Made by a program: the position numbers and the translations under genes
Origin: Stylophora pistillata
Taxonomy: Eukaryota
Assembly: GCF_002571385.2 (NCBI RefSeq)
Contig: NW_019218005.1
Span: forward strand, 305,253 to 369,252
Direction of reading: 5' to 3'
Length of the DNA: 64,000 nt
Notes under the pieces: model-generated
What the model saw: the letters and a program-made list of their open reading frames with translations, nothing else
What the model was told of the DNA's origin: nothing
The model's database searches: none
In this document: positions 1 through 13,500 of the stretch, piece by piece
Numbering within the stretch: the first letter of the stretch is position 1
Layout of the letters: each line of letters begins with the position of its first letter

Positions 1-1061
1 TCGAGAAGGGAATGGTTGTGTAATCTTCCTGCTACCTGTCAGCCGAACCTTTCAATCCGGGGAAATTTATCTCATCTATGCAGTTGTCTCGTAGGTCTGT
101 ATCTCCTTTCATTCTTTCTGCTCAACCGAGAAGATTAACTCTATACCCGACGTGAATTTTGATATGACAAACTGTTACTCTCTGGTCGTGGACACCCCCC
201 TCCACTCCTTTTCAAAAATCTTTTCGATTACATCCCACGATTACATCCTGCGATTACACATTCTATTTCGAAGTTGTGCATGCTAGAGGTCATGTCGGTT
301 GGTGCTATGATCGAATAATCAACTATTGCGGAACCAAACGCTGTGTCAGTCTTTGACGTTCGTACAAGCTCGCTTGAAGTAGATCTCCGTGTACCAGGAA
401 ATCTGACGAGTTTCCGTCCACATTACTAAGTTGTCTCTACCGAGCGAGTTCTCCCCCGTTGCTGTTGCCCGTCCTGTGAGAGCTCAGTTGTAGCCGAAAA
501 CCTATCGTCACAATATAAAGCAAACAGATTCTACGTCACGGTGGGTAAGTTCAATAAAACATCACAGAGGGCGTCAAAGAATGGTAAGAGAGCAGTGATT
601 TTAGTGTGCCGCATTTTTTCTTCTTACCATATAATGACTTTATCTGTGATCAATTACTGAACAGACTCACGGATAAATGGATTTTGCGTGACACCTAGAA
701 ACACGATGCTGTGGTGTATTGCGTTACATATGGTAATATAGCGTTACCACTTTAAGTAACTTCCAATCATGCCGTAAATCTACTATCCTAAGTAAAAATA
801 AAATAACTGATGACTAGTGTTGTACTGGAAATATATTGTCTTGATCATTGAATAAAGTACAGTTGAATTAGAGGAATGAGAGCGTTCACTTGACCTATGA
901 ATACTCTACAGGAACAAAAACCGAACAACAAGCAGAAAATTTTATTCTTTTACATAACGTGCAGAATTAGAGCTCTGCAAGCTCTTTAAACTTTCAATCT
1001 TTTGACCTCTTCAGGATCAGATGTGACTTGTCAATTGAGGTCTTTCGCCTTAGAGCGCATC

Positions 1062-1824
1062 TCAGTTACTTTTTACCATTGAATCAAATTTGTCAAAACC
1101 ATCAACTTTTCCATCTTTCAACAGCAAAATCTTGTGGCAGTCTCTTATCGTGTTCAAACGATGAGCTATAGTGATGACAGTTGACTCCTTCAGTTTATCT
1201 CGCACTACATTCCATATCGTCTGCTCTGTGTTTGGGTCTACATGCGCAGTTGGCTCGTCCAAGACGACTATTTTACTTCGTTGTAGCAGCACACGAGCCA
1301 AGCAAATTAACTGCCGCTCTCCGACACTGATATTAGCGCCATGTTCCAGTAGTTCGTGATCGAGCTTGGCCTCAAGTCTCTCAACAAAATCTTTCAGTTG
1401 CACATCCTCCAAAGCCTGCCATAATTCAGCTTCGTGAAACTTGTTCAAGATGTCGAGATTTTTTCTCAACGATCCACTAAAAAGAACGGGGCTTTGGCCA
1501 AGAACCGAGATACCTCGTCGGGCTTGTTGAAGGCTTATCTCGTTAACTGGAACATCGTCAATGATTATATCTCCATCAGCATCAGGCATGCGCATAAGAG
1601 CTGCCACAAAAGATGACTTCCCAGCTCCCGTGCGGCCAGCAACTCCGATCTTTTCTCCCCCTTTAATGCTAAGATTGATTTGCTTCAGCACTTGAGGTCC
1701 CCCCGGATAGTAAGTCAGAGATACATCTCTGAATATAATACTTCCTCTCTGAGGCCAGTCTTTTGGGGGTTGTCGTTCTTCCCCGTATCCAGGCTCCCCG
1801 TCGAGTTTGGTGTAGGTCATAACT
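1062..1824 (-). CDS. ABCC4: ABCC4/MRP4-like transporter, terminal exon encoding NBD2 (5' end cut at the N at 1825)
   Basis: Translation [12 protein letters not shown]...WPQRGSIIF...GRTGAGKS (Walker A)...ISVGERQ (signature)...[10 protein letters not shown] (Walker B/D-loop)...IAHRL, then a stop. AATAAA on the minus strand at 941-946. Confidence 0.85.
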
Positions 1825-1825
1825 N

Positions 1826-2829
1826 CATCGGCATTTTCCATGTGCTGTTGCTGATGAGAGGTTAACAGAACAGTTTTATCAGCCAGTAGATTTTTGATGC
1901 ACTTGTTGAAGATGTGTTGCCCAACTTTAAAATCGACAGCACTTAGTGGGTCATCCAACAGATAAAAATCTCCCTCAGCATAAACTGCACGAGCTAAACT
2001 TACTCTTGCCTGTTGTCCTCCACTCAGAACCTCGCCGCGTTCTCCAACAACTGTTTGGTCACCATCTGGTAACCGCTGAAAGTCGTCTTTCAGAGCACAG
2101 ACGTCGATTATTCTTTCGTACTTGGACTCCGCGTAGGGCTGGCCAAATAGAATGTTTTCTTTTATTGTTCCCGAGAACACCCAAGCAGTCTGAGGCATGT
2201 AAATGACATTGCCTCGATACAAAATCGTGCCACTAGTGTTGGAAATTTCACCAGAGATCGCTGAGAGTAGAGTAGACTTACCACTTCCGACCGGCCCGGT
2301 AATTACTGTTAAACTCTTTGAACGTGCAACAAAGTTGATATCTTGAAGAATAAATTCATTTTCACGATGGCTTTTTGGGCAGGTTAACTTTGACACACAT
2401 AGATCAGTTGGCCCTAGTTCTGTTACTTCACAAGAGGGTGAATTGTTCTTCATATTTTCGGCTTCTTTTTTTGAGTATCCGCTACTTTGTTTAGTGGAGG
2501 TACTCTCGGCCTTTTGTTGGTGTTCCTTATTTTCACCACTCTCCGAGGCTCCCGATAAATTTTCTAAAAGAAGGAATTCTTCGATTCTTTCAAGTGAAAC
2601 GTATGCATCATATGTTCTCATAAAACCATTTGTCAAATTCAACAGGCCAGTAAGTTTTAGAACACCCATAAACGACAGCAGCATAAAAATATTAGCGGGT
2701 GTGAGGGTCTGGCCTGTGAGCACCATAGTAATCACTGACACCAGAGTAGCTAATGGGGTTGCAATGTACAGCAAGGCATCGATACTTGACTGAATGGCTG
2801 TCCTCTTCGAAATGACGCTGATTTCATTA
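1826..2829 (-). CDS. Second, diverged copy of the ABCC4-like NBD1 exon (partial, ends at N1825)
   Basis: Acceptor cttcag| at 2830. Near-identical to 6902..7906 (GPVGSGKS, LSGGQ, YLLDDPLSAVD). The upstream intron 2830-3577 is homologous to 7907-8670. Confidence 0.8.
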
Positions 2830-3577
2830 CTGAAGATATAAGTTAATCACAAATTATGTGGGCGTTCTCTCAAACCTACTCGTCCTCAGTGTTTCCTCCA
2901 CTATGAAATATTAATGAGGTGAACGCGTGAGAAGTGTACCCTTCCTTTGAAAAATTTCCCATCGTCCTTTTCGTCATGGAGGTGCTAGTCTCCTGCGACC
3001 CCACCACCATTTATGAAAAGTAAGGCACCACTGAAGACGAGTCAGGCTCAATGAAACGTTCTACCAATTATGATTTCGCCGAAGGCGAAGTGAATAAATT
3101 TGGAAATCCCGAAGACCGAGTCGAGGGAATTACTCAAAAAGATCTAATGAGCCACAGGTAAATGATTGTTTTAATATAATTTCTCAGGTGCTTTCGAATT
3201 CTGTCGCAAAAAAAATTTGGAAAACTTTCCGTGTTTTTGGATACAATTGTTTTGATTACTTACATCAAGATAAGCAGCCAGTTTCCACTTGAATACAACA
3301 GCAAAACATTCCTTCTTCGTTAGCAATGAAAAAACGCGAAACAGTACTTTTGAAATTCAGCGCCCGTTGATTAGCCCAGAGTGGGTCGGGAATTTGAACG
3401 AACCGATGCTCAAAAGGACACTTGCCTGTTGGGTTGCGAGGGAAGAAATGTTGAAGTTTTGAGTTGATCGGTGCTTAAATCGACCAATCAGATCACGCAT
3501 TCAAACTGAGAGATATGATAAGTAATTAAGTTTAAAGGAGTTCATACATATATTTAATGCAGCTTAGACCCCTTACA

Positions 3578-4618
3578 NNNNNNNNNNNNNNNNNNNNNNN
3601 NNNNNNNNNNNNNNNNNNNNNNNNNNNNNNNNNNNNNNNNNNNNNNNNNNNNNNNNNNNNNNNNNNNNNNNNNNNNNNNNNNNNNNNNNNNNNNNNNNNN
3701 NNNNNNNNNNNNNNNNNNNNNNNNNNNNNNNNNNNNNNNNNNNNNNNNNNNNNNNNNNNNNNNNNNNNNNNNNNNNNNNNNNNNNNNNNNNNNNNNNNNN
3801 NNNNNNNNNNNNNNNNNNNNNNNNNNNNNNNNNNNNNNNNNNNNNNNNNNNNNNNNNNNNNNNNNNNNNNNNNNNNNNNNNNNNNNNNNNNNNNNNNNNN
3901 NNNNNNNNNNNNNNNNNNNNNNNNNNNNNNNNNNNNNNNNNNNNNNNNNNNNNNNNNNNNNNNNNNNNNNNNNNNNNNNNNNNNNNNNNNNNNNNNNNNN
4001 NNNNNNNNNNNNNNNNNNNNNNNNNNNNNNNNNNNNNNNNNNNNNNNNNNNNNNNNNNNNNNNNNNNNNNNNNNNNNNNNNNNNNNNNNNNNNNNNNNNN
4101 NNNNNNNNNNNNNNNNNNNNNNNNNNNNNNNNNNNNNNNNNNNNNNNNNNNNNNNNNNNNNNNNNNNNNNNNNNNNNNNNNNNNNNNNNNNNNNNNNNNN
4201 NNNNNNNNNNNNNNNNNNNNNNNNNNNNNNNNNNNNNNNNNNNNNNNNNNNNNNNNNNNNNNNNNNNNNNNNNNNNNNNNNNNNNNNNNNNNNNNNNNNN
4301 NNNNNNNNNNNNNNNNNNNNNNNNNNNNNNNNNNNNNNNNNNNNNNNNNNNNNNNNNNNNNNNNNNNNNNNNNNNNNNNNNNNNNNNNNNNNNNNNNNNN
4401 NNNNNNNNNNNNNNNNNNNNAGATCACAGAGGGTCGTGGGTTCAAATCCCATCTGGAAACTCGATTTTTCTCTTATATTAGGAATNNNNNNNNNNNNNNN
4501 NNNNNNNNNNNNNNNNNNNNNNNNNNNNNNNNNNNNNNNNNNNNNNNNNNNNNNNNNNNNNNNNNNNNNNNNNNNNNNNNNNNNNNNNNNNNNNNNNNNN
4601 NNNNNNNNNNNNNNNNNN
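3578..4618. other. Assembly gaps (3578-4420, 4486-4618) around a 65-bp island with a tRNA-like B box
   Basis: Runs of N. The island reads gggtcgtgggttcaaatcccatctgg, like the T-arm of a tRNA-derived repeat. Confidence 0.8.
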
Positions 4619-5053
4619 AGCTCTTTGTTTTAAGGTTGACAACCTAAATTTACTGGTGAATCATAAAAGACACGTGAAAGTTTAATGAGCTCCTAAGCCA
4701 CACGACTTTCTGTCATGTTTGAAAACCACCCGTGGATAGGTTATGACTGCCACATGGGTTTGCATAACTTCCAGATTCACTACTCTTCCAATCACTTTCA
4801 GGTTTAGATGACGCTATTTAGACACGGAAAAAGTCCTCCATCAATTTACTTTCATAAAATATTTCCCAAGCACTATTGCGAATCTAAAAATGTCCCAACT
4901 CTGACCCGTACACACCTATCAACCAATGACAGTGGGCGCATAGTCTTACCTGTGTTATCGTTATTCAATAGTGCATGCTGTGTTAATACACGACCATACA
5001 GATTCGTGATAAATAATAAGACTCAAAAACGTTACTAAGAATCTTGAGCTTAC

Positions 5054-5190
5054 CGGCATCTTGAGATACCAAGACTGCAGCCAGAGCAACTGCACCAACA
5101 AACAGGGAACTGAGACAATCCAAACGTGTACCGAGCCATCTACCGCTGGCCATCACCATAATGTATGCCTGATTATGAACATCTTGATAT
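5054..5190 (-). CDS. ABCC4: ABCC4-like coding exon 5 (TMD2)
   Basis: ctccag|...|gtaagc. Phase matches exon 4. Encodes RYQDVHNQAYIMVMASGRWLGTRLD. Confidence 0.85.
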
Positions 5191-5505
5191 CTGGAGGGAG
5201 GCGTATTTATCACAGTTAGCTCTCATAGAAGAGAAATACGCCTGATAATAGAATGGAGCCTTCCTACAAATTCCTCTCCCTTCCTTTCAAAAAAAGCGCA
5301 ACTCTCCGAAAAACTCCCGCAAGGAAAGGTTCACTCGATGTCTCGGAAGTGTCACCCAGTGTCTCGGCAAAAGTCAGTAAGAATCTCAAAAGACACGACA
5401 AAATTCTGGCGATGTAAGTTGGAAATAGTGTCAATAAGAACTCATCCGTGCTCTTTACATTAATCAGCTCTTGCAGCACATCCTGAGTCTATGTTTCTAA
5501 CGTAC

Positions 5506-6076
5506 CTGTATAGTGTGTCCACAAAATCTGTCTGTCTTCCTCTTGTACGAATCGTGTCCAGTCCAACCAGAGTCTCCGAAAAGTGAGCGAACACCGGGCT
5601 ACGAGATATCGACTCCAGCCTCTTTAGTTCTCTGGCCGTTTTCAAGTAATAATTGGAAAGAAGAACGACCAGCGCGGAAATTGGAACAACGAGAAACACG
5701 AGCCAAACAATTGTGGCAACTGTTACCAGAATTTGGGCAAATGTCATCAAAAGCATCTGCATTGCCGCCAGGAATGTTTTGGGTAATAACTCATCCACGC
5801 AGCCAATATCATTCGAGAAGCGATTTAGGATTCTTCCCACTGGATTACAATCAAAGAACAGGACAGGTGCTTGTAAAAGGGCCACAACCATTTTATCGTG
5901 AAGACGCTCGGCGCACTTTAGAGAAAGTAGGAGGAATCCATAAGCCCGAATAATAGTAAATATAAAACACGCGCCAACCAGACAGGCGAAGACAGATAAA
6001 TAAGTCTTGTTCTTCTGATCTTCTGGGATTAGCCTTGCAAGAAACGAGAGCCACACGTCCGGAGCAACAATGATGG
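5506..6076 (-). CDS. ABCC4: ABCC4-like coding exon 4 (TMD2)
   Basis: tttcag|...|gtacg. Contains the ABCC TMD2 motifs FFDCNPVGRILNRFSNDIG and RELKRLESISRSPVFAHFSETLVGLDTIR. Confidence 0.9.
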
Positions 6077-6557
6077 CTGAAAGAAACACCATTAGGATGT
6101 AATAATTGAATATGTGTGGATAGATGAATAGGTTAACCATGGTTTACATTAAAAGAAATCTGCCCTCGAAAGTTTAATGCTAGTAAGGTAGCCAACAAAA
6201 CAGCCGGCTCTTTCTTGTTTTTGAGGTGAGTGGAGGTAAGCGCAAGCCGAGCATGAGGCAAACGAGAACGGCTAAACACGTGCTTCTCCAATCGCACGTC
6301 TCTCATCCTTCGCATTGTCCTCGTGCGTGTCTCACGCTCGTTCCTGCACTGCAGAAAACCGCGAAAAAAGACGCTTATTTTGCAGACTTTAAGGAAGGTT
6401 TTAATGCAAGTTAATTTCCATTTTTTATTATTAACGCATACTGTTGTTTAAATTGATAGTTGCAATCGAATGCTTTGCACATAATAAGAAAAATACGGCT
6501 GTATTCCCTTTTAGGGCCTGACCCAAGGCTAGTAACTCAGTGTAACAATAAGTTTAC

Positions 6558-7906
6558 CTTGAGTAATGAGAATTAAAACAACCATTCCAGTTATCATCAA
6601 AGGATGTGCTCCACTTCTGAAGTAGTTCCAATACAGCTTGGATGTGACAACTCCAATTGTACGATCTTCCTTTGCTATCTCCAAACTCTTCGCTTCATTA
6701 GGCAGAGAATGTGTTTTCTGGCATTTTTCAGCATCGACGTGTTTCTCAGTATTTTCCCAGGTAAACGTCGCCGATGATTCTGTTTTGTCCTTCAGAGCTG
6801 CTTTATAGAGCGGGTCAACAGTTGAACTAAGTACACCTTTTTCGTACAGCTCAATAAAGCGTCCCTTATCCAGTACCCGCCCTCTGTACAACACAATCAC
6901 TTCATCGGCATTTTCCATGTGCTGTTGCTGATGAGAGGTTAACAGAACAGTTTTATCAGCCAGTAGATCTTTGATGCACTTGTTAAAGATGTGTTGCCCA
7001 ACTTTAAAATCGACAGCACTCAGTGGGTCATCCAACAGATAAACATCTCCCTCAGCATAAACTGTACGAGCTAAACTTACTCTTGCCTGTTGTCCTCCAC
7101 TCAGAACCTCGCCGCGTTCTCCAACAACTGTTTGGTCACCATCAGGTAATCGCTGAAAGTCTTCTTTAAGAGCACAGACGTCGATTATTCTTTCGTACTT
7201 GAACTCTGCGTAGGGCTGGCCAAACAGAATGTTTTCTTTTATTGTTCCCGAGAACACCCAAGCAGTCTGAGGCAAGTAAATGACATTGCCTCGATACAAA
7301 ATCGTCCCACTACTGTTGGAAATTTCACCAGCGATCGCTGAGAGTAGAGTGGACTTACCACTTCCAACCGGCCCGGTGATTACTGTTAAACTCTTTAAAG
7401 GTGCAACAAAGTTGATATCCTGAAGAATAAATTCATGTTCACGATGGCTTTTTGCGCAGGTTAACTTTGACACACATAGATCAGTTGGCCCTAGTTCTGT
7501 TACTTCAAAAGAGGATGAAATGTTCTTCATATTTTCGGCTTCTTTTTTTGAGTATCCGCTACTTTGTTTAATGGAGGTACTCTCGACCTTTTGTTGGTGT
7601 TCCTTATTTTCATCACCCTTCGAGGCCTCCGATAAATTTTCTAAAAGAAGGAATTCTTCGATTCTTTCAAGTGAAACGTATGCGTCATATGTTCTCATGA
7701 AACCATTTGTCAAATTAAACATGCCAGCAAGTTTTAGAACACCCATAAACGACAGCAGCATAAAAACATTAGCAGGTGTGAGGGTCTGGCCTGTGAGCAC
7801 CATAGTAATTACCGACACCAGAGTAGCTAATGGCGTCGCACTGTACAACAAGGCGTCAAGACTTGACTGAATGGTTGTCCTCTTCGAAATGACGCTGATT
7901 TCATTC
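6558..7906 (-). CDS. ABCC4: ABCC4-like coding exon 3 (end of TMD1, NBD1, linker)
   Basis: cttcag|...|gtaaac. Walker A GPVGSGKS, LSGGQQARVSLAR, degenerate Walker B YLLDD typical of ABCC NBD1, then EDRTIGVVTSKLYWNYF. Confidence 0.9.
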
Positions 7907-8721
7907 CTGAAGCGGAAGAAAGATAATTGCAAGTTATGTGGGCATTCTCTCGAACCTACTTGTCCCCAATCTTCTCTACTATCAAATATTGATGAGGTGA
8001 AAGCGCAAGAAGTGTACCCTTCCTTTGAAAAATTTCTCATCGTCCATTTCGTCATGCAAGTGCCATTCTCCCATGACCCCAGCACCATGTATGAAAAATA
8101 AGGCAGCACGGAAGACGAGTTTGGCTCAATGAAATGTTCTATCAGTTATGATTTAACAAATATTACGAAAGTGAAGTGAATACATTTGAAAATCCCTCGG
8201 ACAAAGTCAAGGGAATTATTAAAAACATTCAGTGAGCCTGAGGCGAATGATTGTTTTAGTATAACTGCTCAAGTGCTTTCGAAATCTGTTGCAGATTCAC
8301 TCTGTTGTTGACGCCATTCTGTAAATAGAGAAAACTTTGCGTGTTTTTTGACACTTAGTTCTTGATAACTTATGTCAAGATAAACAGCCAGTTCCCATTA
8401 GAATATGACAGCAAAAATTCCTTCCTCGGTAACAATGAAAAACAGCCATTTTGAAATTCAGCCCCCGTTCATTAGCCTGGTGGGGGAGGGGGAGGAGTTT
8501 AAACGAACCGATGTTGAAAAGGTCAAATACCCGGGGGGTTGCCTGAGGGGAATGTTGAAGCTTCAAGTTGATCGACGCTTAAATCGACCAATCATAGCGC
8601 GCGTTCTAACTGAGAGATATGACAAGTAAGTTTAAATGAGTTCAGGCATATATATTTAATGCGGCTCACACCGCATGGTTGTTGGAGTCCACCTCCGACC
8701 GAACATGGTCATTTACCTTAC

Positions 8722-9104
8722 CTTCGTATATCTTCTATTTTTCGCTGATATTCTTCCTCCCACGCATGCGTTTTCACTGCGCGGACTCCGGAAACTACTT
8801 GATTCATAAGGGAGATTCGCTGATCGGACACTGTAGCTGTGCGCAAGCGCAGCTTAGCATTACCATAGGACAAGACGGCAAAGTATGGCATGAGAATACA
8901 CAGGAGAAACACTCCCGCTGTAGCCTGCCAACCAATCAGATTGTATATAAGGAATGTTGTTCCTGCATACGACAGGACTGCAAAAGGTGTCAAGAAAAAA
9001 AACTTGACTGTCTCTTCTTCCATTCTCTTAACATCATTAGATATCAGGTCAAATAAGCGTCCTGCAGTGAATTCCAGTAACACCTGTTTGCTGAGAAGAA
9101 GTGT
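8722..9104 (-). CDS. ABCC4: ABCC4-like coding exon 2 (TMD1)
   Basis: tttcag|...|gtaagg. Encodes TAGRLFDLISNDV and SDQRISLMNQVVSGVRAVKTHAWE. Phases 0/2 fit the neighbouring exons. Confidence 0.9.
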
Positions 9105-9824
9105 CTGAAAGAGAGTGAAGATTTGACATTGAAGAGCCAAAACCTATAAGATTTTAATCTCCGCCATTTAATATAGCCATAACCGTGTTTCGAGACGAGA
9201 ATAATCGAAATTTTACTAAAGTATCTTCAAATGTGTCCATAATGCGACAACTCAGTCGCCAGTTTGAATCTCGCTTAGCAGGGTGGCCGTTCACAAGTGA
9301 CATATGAAAATAACATTCTCCTTTTTTCATCACAAGGGAATCTACCCGAACAAGAAGGAGCTACACATAAAGCTATTCTTGACTTAAATAATTATTCTGT
9401 GCGATAGCTATAGAAGAAAAGTTTTGTGTCAGGCGCGTTGTATCTGACCATGGAGATTTATCAACACACTTTTGAAGAAAATTTTCCAATGATAAGGTTA
9501 CATTTTGGAAGCTCGAAAGCCGTAAGAGTTTACAATTCTGAATATACCATCAACCATTTGAAAATGCCATCAACTGTAGACTGAGTTAGTGTTTGTTAAT
9601 TTGCTTGTTTGTTGGTGGGAAGGATCGCTCGAGTTCTACAGTTGTCTCGTAGAAGCAGCAACCAGTAATCATGTTCAATGATCCTCTCCTTCTAGGTCTC
9701 ACTATAGCACAAGTTGATTGCAAATGGTTAAGTTTCCTGGAAAATTATAATTTCAGATTGGATAGATAAATTAATAACCCCACCACAAAGGAATAGAATA
9801 CTCTTTAGGGATCAGCCTGCTTAC

Positions 9825-10355
9825 CTTGTGGTACACCAGTCCCCTCAGGGCGCTGCCTATTTTGATCCCCAACACTTCACATCTGTAGTCTTGCTGGTGT
9901 AGACCAAGACCACCGATCAAACCATTGAGACACAAAGCTAATGCGCAGGCGTAGATCAGGTAAGTATTGTTTGCTTCAGCTGAAATAAGCATAGAAACGA
10001 AATACCCGAGAAACAATGGAAAGAGAAAACGTGAAGTTGTACACAACATATTGCTTGTCAAAATAATGATGACATCTTTGACAGAAAGCATATCAAACAC
10101 GCTTTTCCAAAGTTTAGGCCTTTTTCCTTTTATCTTGCAATGATGTTTTTTGCCTTCCCAGCTTGTTCGAAGCTTGTCGGTAACAAAGCGGCCAGAGTTC
10201 TCGTCTGACAATGGTAAAAAGTCATTTTGATCCAAAGGTCTTTGACTGCCTTGCTTAAGAACTCCGTTCATCCAACGAAAAAAGAGAGCAGATGCAAAAC
10301 TGACTTTGTTGTCGTCACCACCGGATATTTTCCTGTAACCGCCTTTTGATGTCAT
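9825..10355 (-). CDS. ABCC4: ABCC4-like coding exon 1 (lasso motif, start of TMD1, no TMD0)
   Basis: ATG at 10355. Lasso-like SFASALFFRWMNGVLKQGSQRPLDQNDF and RPKLWKSV. Donor cacaag|gtaagc. A candidate acceptor ttatag| lies 9 nt upstream of the ATG. Confidence 0.85.
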
Positions 10356-10557
10356 CACTTAAACCTATAAAATATTTAGAAAATATTCTCATTCCTAACT
10401 AGTTTTTTCAACGCAATAGTAAAACGTCTACGCATGCATTCCCAGGGTTTCACAACTCACAAGACAGTACGTCGCGGTTTCTTTGCGCGGGAAATTTGCA
10501 CGCGGCCGCCAAAAACTGATTCTTTGCGCATGCTCAATGTTTCACCACTTTGTAAGC

Positions 10558-13500
10558 CTTATTTAAAGTCACCAAAAGTATTTACCAAACGTAGATAAAA
10601 ACCCTAAAAATCGAAAAACACTTTAAAATGTCCATCTGAGAAAAACACACCTCGTCTACGTTTACTTCTCGAGCTTTTCGATAATAATAAAGATGATAAA
10701 AATGATGATAATAAAAATGATTATAGTGATAACAATTAATGATAGTAATTTTAAGTCTCTTGACAAAGGAAATGTAAAGTCTGCAAAAGTTCAACGCAAA
10801 AAAATAAGAAAAACTTACTATAAAAACAATAAAAATAATTTATAACTGATGAGTTTAAGGAAGTCTTGCTCGACCCTTCTCTACTTCCAGATCCCTGTCT
10901 TTAATGTCTAAGTTCCTCCTTCTCAGGGTTCTAGATCCCCTTAGACATAGGAGCGCGCTCCGCAAAATTGCAAAGGACACTTTCGCTCTGGCCCATGAAA
11001 TTGTTGTGGCGTAGCTCTCTTGCTTTTTTGGCAGATAATAGCTCGGCTAATCTTGAGTGGTACCTCAGGCATTCGTCTGCCATCCCCCCCGTCATTGTAA
11101 ATACCAGTGGGGTGAAAGTGCCTTGCTCTACTTCTGTTACACGGGAGTTGTATTTTCGCTTCTTTTCATTTTCATGAATCCTGTAAATCTGCTTGGGGCT
11201 AAGATCTCTGAATGAGTCTGCGTTTGGATGACACACCCTTATATCGAAAAAAGCAGCCCTCTGTCGCTCCCAGAAAGCCCTACAGTAGACGTCGAGGCGT
11301 GCGTCAGGGGCTTGATTAGTCCCTCTGGGAAATTCTTCGCCTGTAATAGGTTGTAAGGCCGGTTCCACCTGCACATCGTAACAAACCATGTCGAGTAGCT
11401 CGGCCTGTACATCGCGTATTTCATTGTGACGCTGAATGACTAAGCCTCCACGCTGGCAGATCATCGCGTAATCCATTGTGAACAAGCTCCCACAAACACA
11501 TACTGATGGATTGTCGAGTATTGGCCAATCATATCGAAGCCTCACAGCGTCCCGAAATTCACGCTTGTTGAGATCAAAATCCATGTCTTTGAGAGGAATA
11601 ACTGTAAGCCAGTTGGATGCGCCTTTTTCACAGGCCAGGTATACGGCTCTCTGTGTCTTGCCTGGTAATAAGGCCTTCACCTCCTCGAGCTTTTCTTTTA
11701 GTGTACCATCCTTTTATTTCCGGGTGACGTATACCAGTCGTTGTATCTCGGCCTCTTCTGGGGTCTCATGGGATGGCGCCTCTATTTTGCTTACAAGTGG
11801 AGCGCTTACCCTAACAGACACTGAATACTCCGCATCCGCAGTATCAGATGGATTAATGAGCCCAAGGCCTCCCATACGCACTGGTAATGCTACCAGACTA
11901 CGCTCTTCTTCAGAACAGTTACGTTCTATGAGCGACGGTATAAGTACATCCGAGATTGCATGCTCTGAGGGCTGCAGTAGGTTCTCAATATCCGGCAGTG
12001 TTCTCATAAAGTACGTCCACCAGTGTCGAATTCCAAATGTGAATGCAGCGTAACTAGCTTGTGGCTGAGATCTTGCAAACTCCGTCAACCTCGTCATTTC
12101 TTTCACCCACTCATCTACCTTGCTATCCACATATTGCTCAAGATAGGACCGAGAGCCCAGAGCAGCACCAAGGTGTTTGCGTCCCTCGGTGGTGATGTTG
12201 ATACCAGTCCCTGCAAACATTTCCTTCGCGTGGCCTTCCTTTTCCGGCTTAACAACAAGCCAGCATTTCTTGGAGTTAGAATAGTATCCAAGGGTCGGAC
12301 CAGCCTCTCTCAACTCATCCCACCATTGCTTAACCTCTTCCAGGGATCCTGCTCCAGTAACGTAATCTGCGAACCAGCATTGTTTTGCAGTGCTTCGATT
12401 TTGAAGTAACGACATTAACGGTTGTAGACTAATTGCATACATTGACATAGCTAAGGGGTCTCCCTGTGTGGTTCCTTCTGCAGATTTAAGCTCACTACCA
12501 CCAACCACAAAAAGGCGCGTAGGAACTCGATGAGTGTTAGTTACATAGATGGCGATCAATGGGCATAGCACTCCGATGTTATTAAGCGCGGCCGCTCTGT
12601 TTAGTGAATTGAAGGCGTTAGAGGCGTCAACTAGTAAGGCGGCATCAGTTTCATCGCCTTCAAAGATATTGCGCATGGCATGTATTGCGGCTTCCTCGCC
12701 GCTCCTCTGACCTGCGCAGATCTGCATGGCCCCACTAGCGTTGATCACATCTTGTTTTGTGACTCTTGTGACGCATTTGCCAATTATTCTTCTAATCACC
12801 GCGCCCACACCAATCGGGCGCACCTCACCGTTACCCTTGTCACCTCACCGTTACCCTTGTCAAGCAGAATAAGGCGAGTGGCCACGATAGGTTCAATGGT
12901 CAGCGGATCAACAAATTCCGTGCCCAGTCTTCTTGTGAGTGTAGCTATAGACTCACATAGGTTGATACTTGATCTCTTAAAAGACTTGCATGCCAAGATC
13001 CTCTTGAAGCCATTGGCGTCCACACTCGAGGGGCCGCCAGACCCCTTAGTTCTTAATGCAGCTTCTCTCACAAACTCTCCATTAATTCCTTGAAACACCA
13101 AGTCAGGTATATCTTCCACAAGCCCAAACAACATCGACCCTAGCTTGGCCCTCTGCGCATCAGGGTGTTTTTCTCTCAGTTCTCTCACAACATCGCTCGT
13201 CAGCGGTAATACTCCTCCGCTATAATCCTGACTGACATATCGCAGGGCCGAATTAATCTGGCCCTCCATGACCAACTTTGCAAAAATGCGCGCTTTATTT
13301 GATGGATCATTCTTGTTCGACTTTGATAAGCGCCGTTGGATTATTCCCCCCTCGCGTAATAGGGACTCAATCTCGCCATTTCTCCACAGTATTACTCGTT
13401 TCTCAAGACATTCTTGATGTTCCTTTGCTTTCGATCTCTGACCAGGCTTTTGTAGCGCAACAGCGAGAAGAACAATAGCGGCTTTTAGTGCAAGGTGTTG

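Noticed and set aside
4421-4485. tRNA gene fragment
   Set aside because: Only a T-arm-like piece between gaps. More likely a tRNA-derived repeat.
3532-4633. Long ORFs made of X residues (also 54298-55716)
   Set aside because: Artefacts of translating N gaps.
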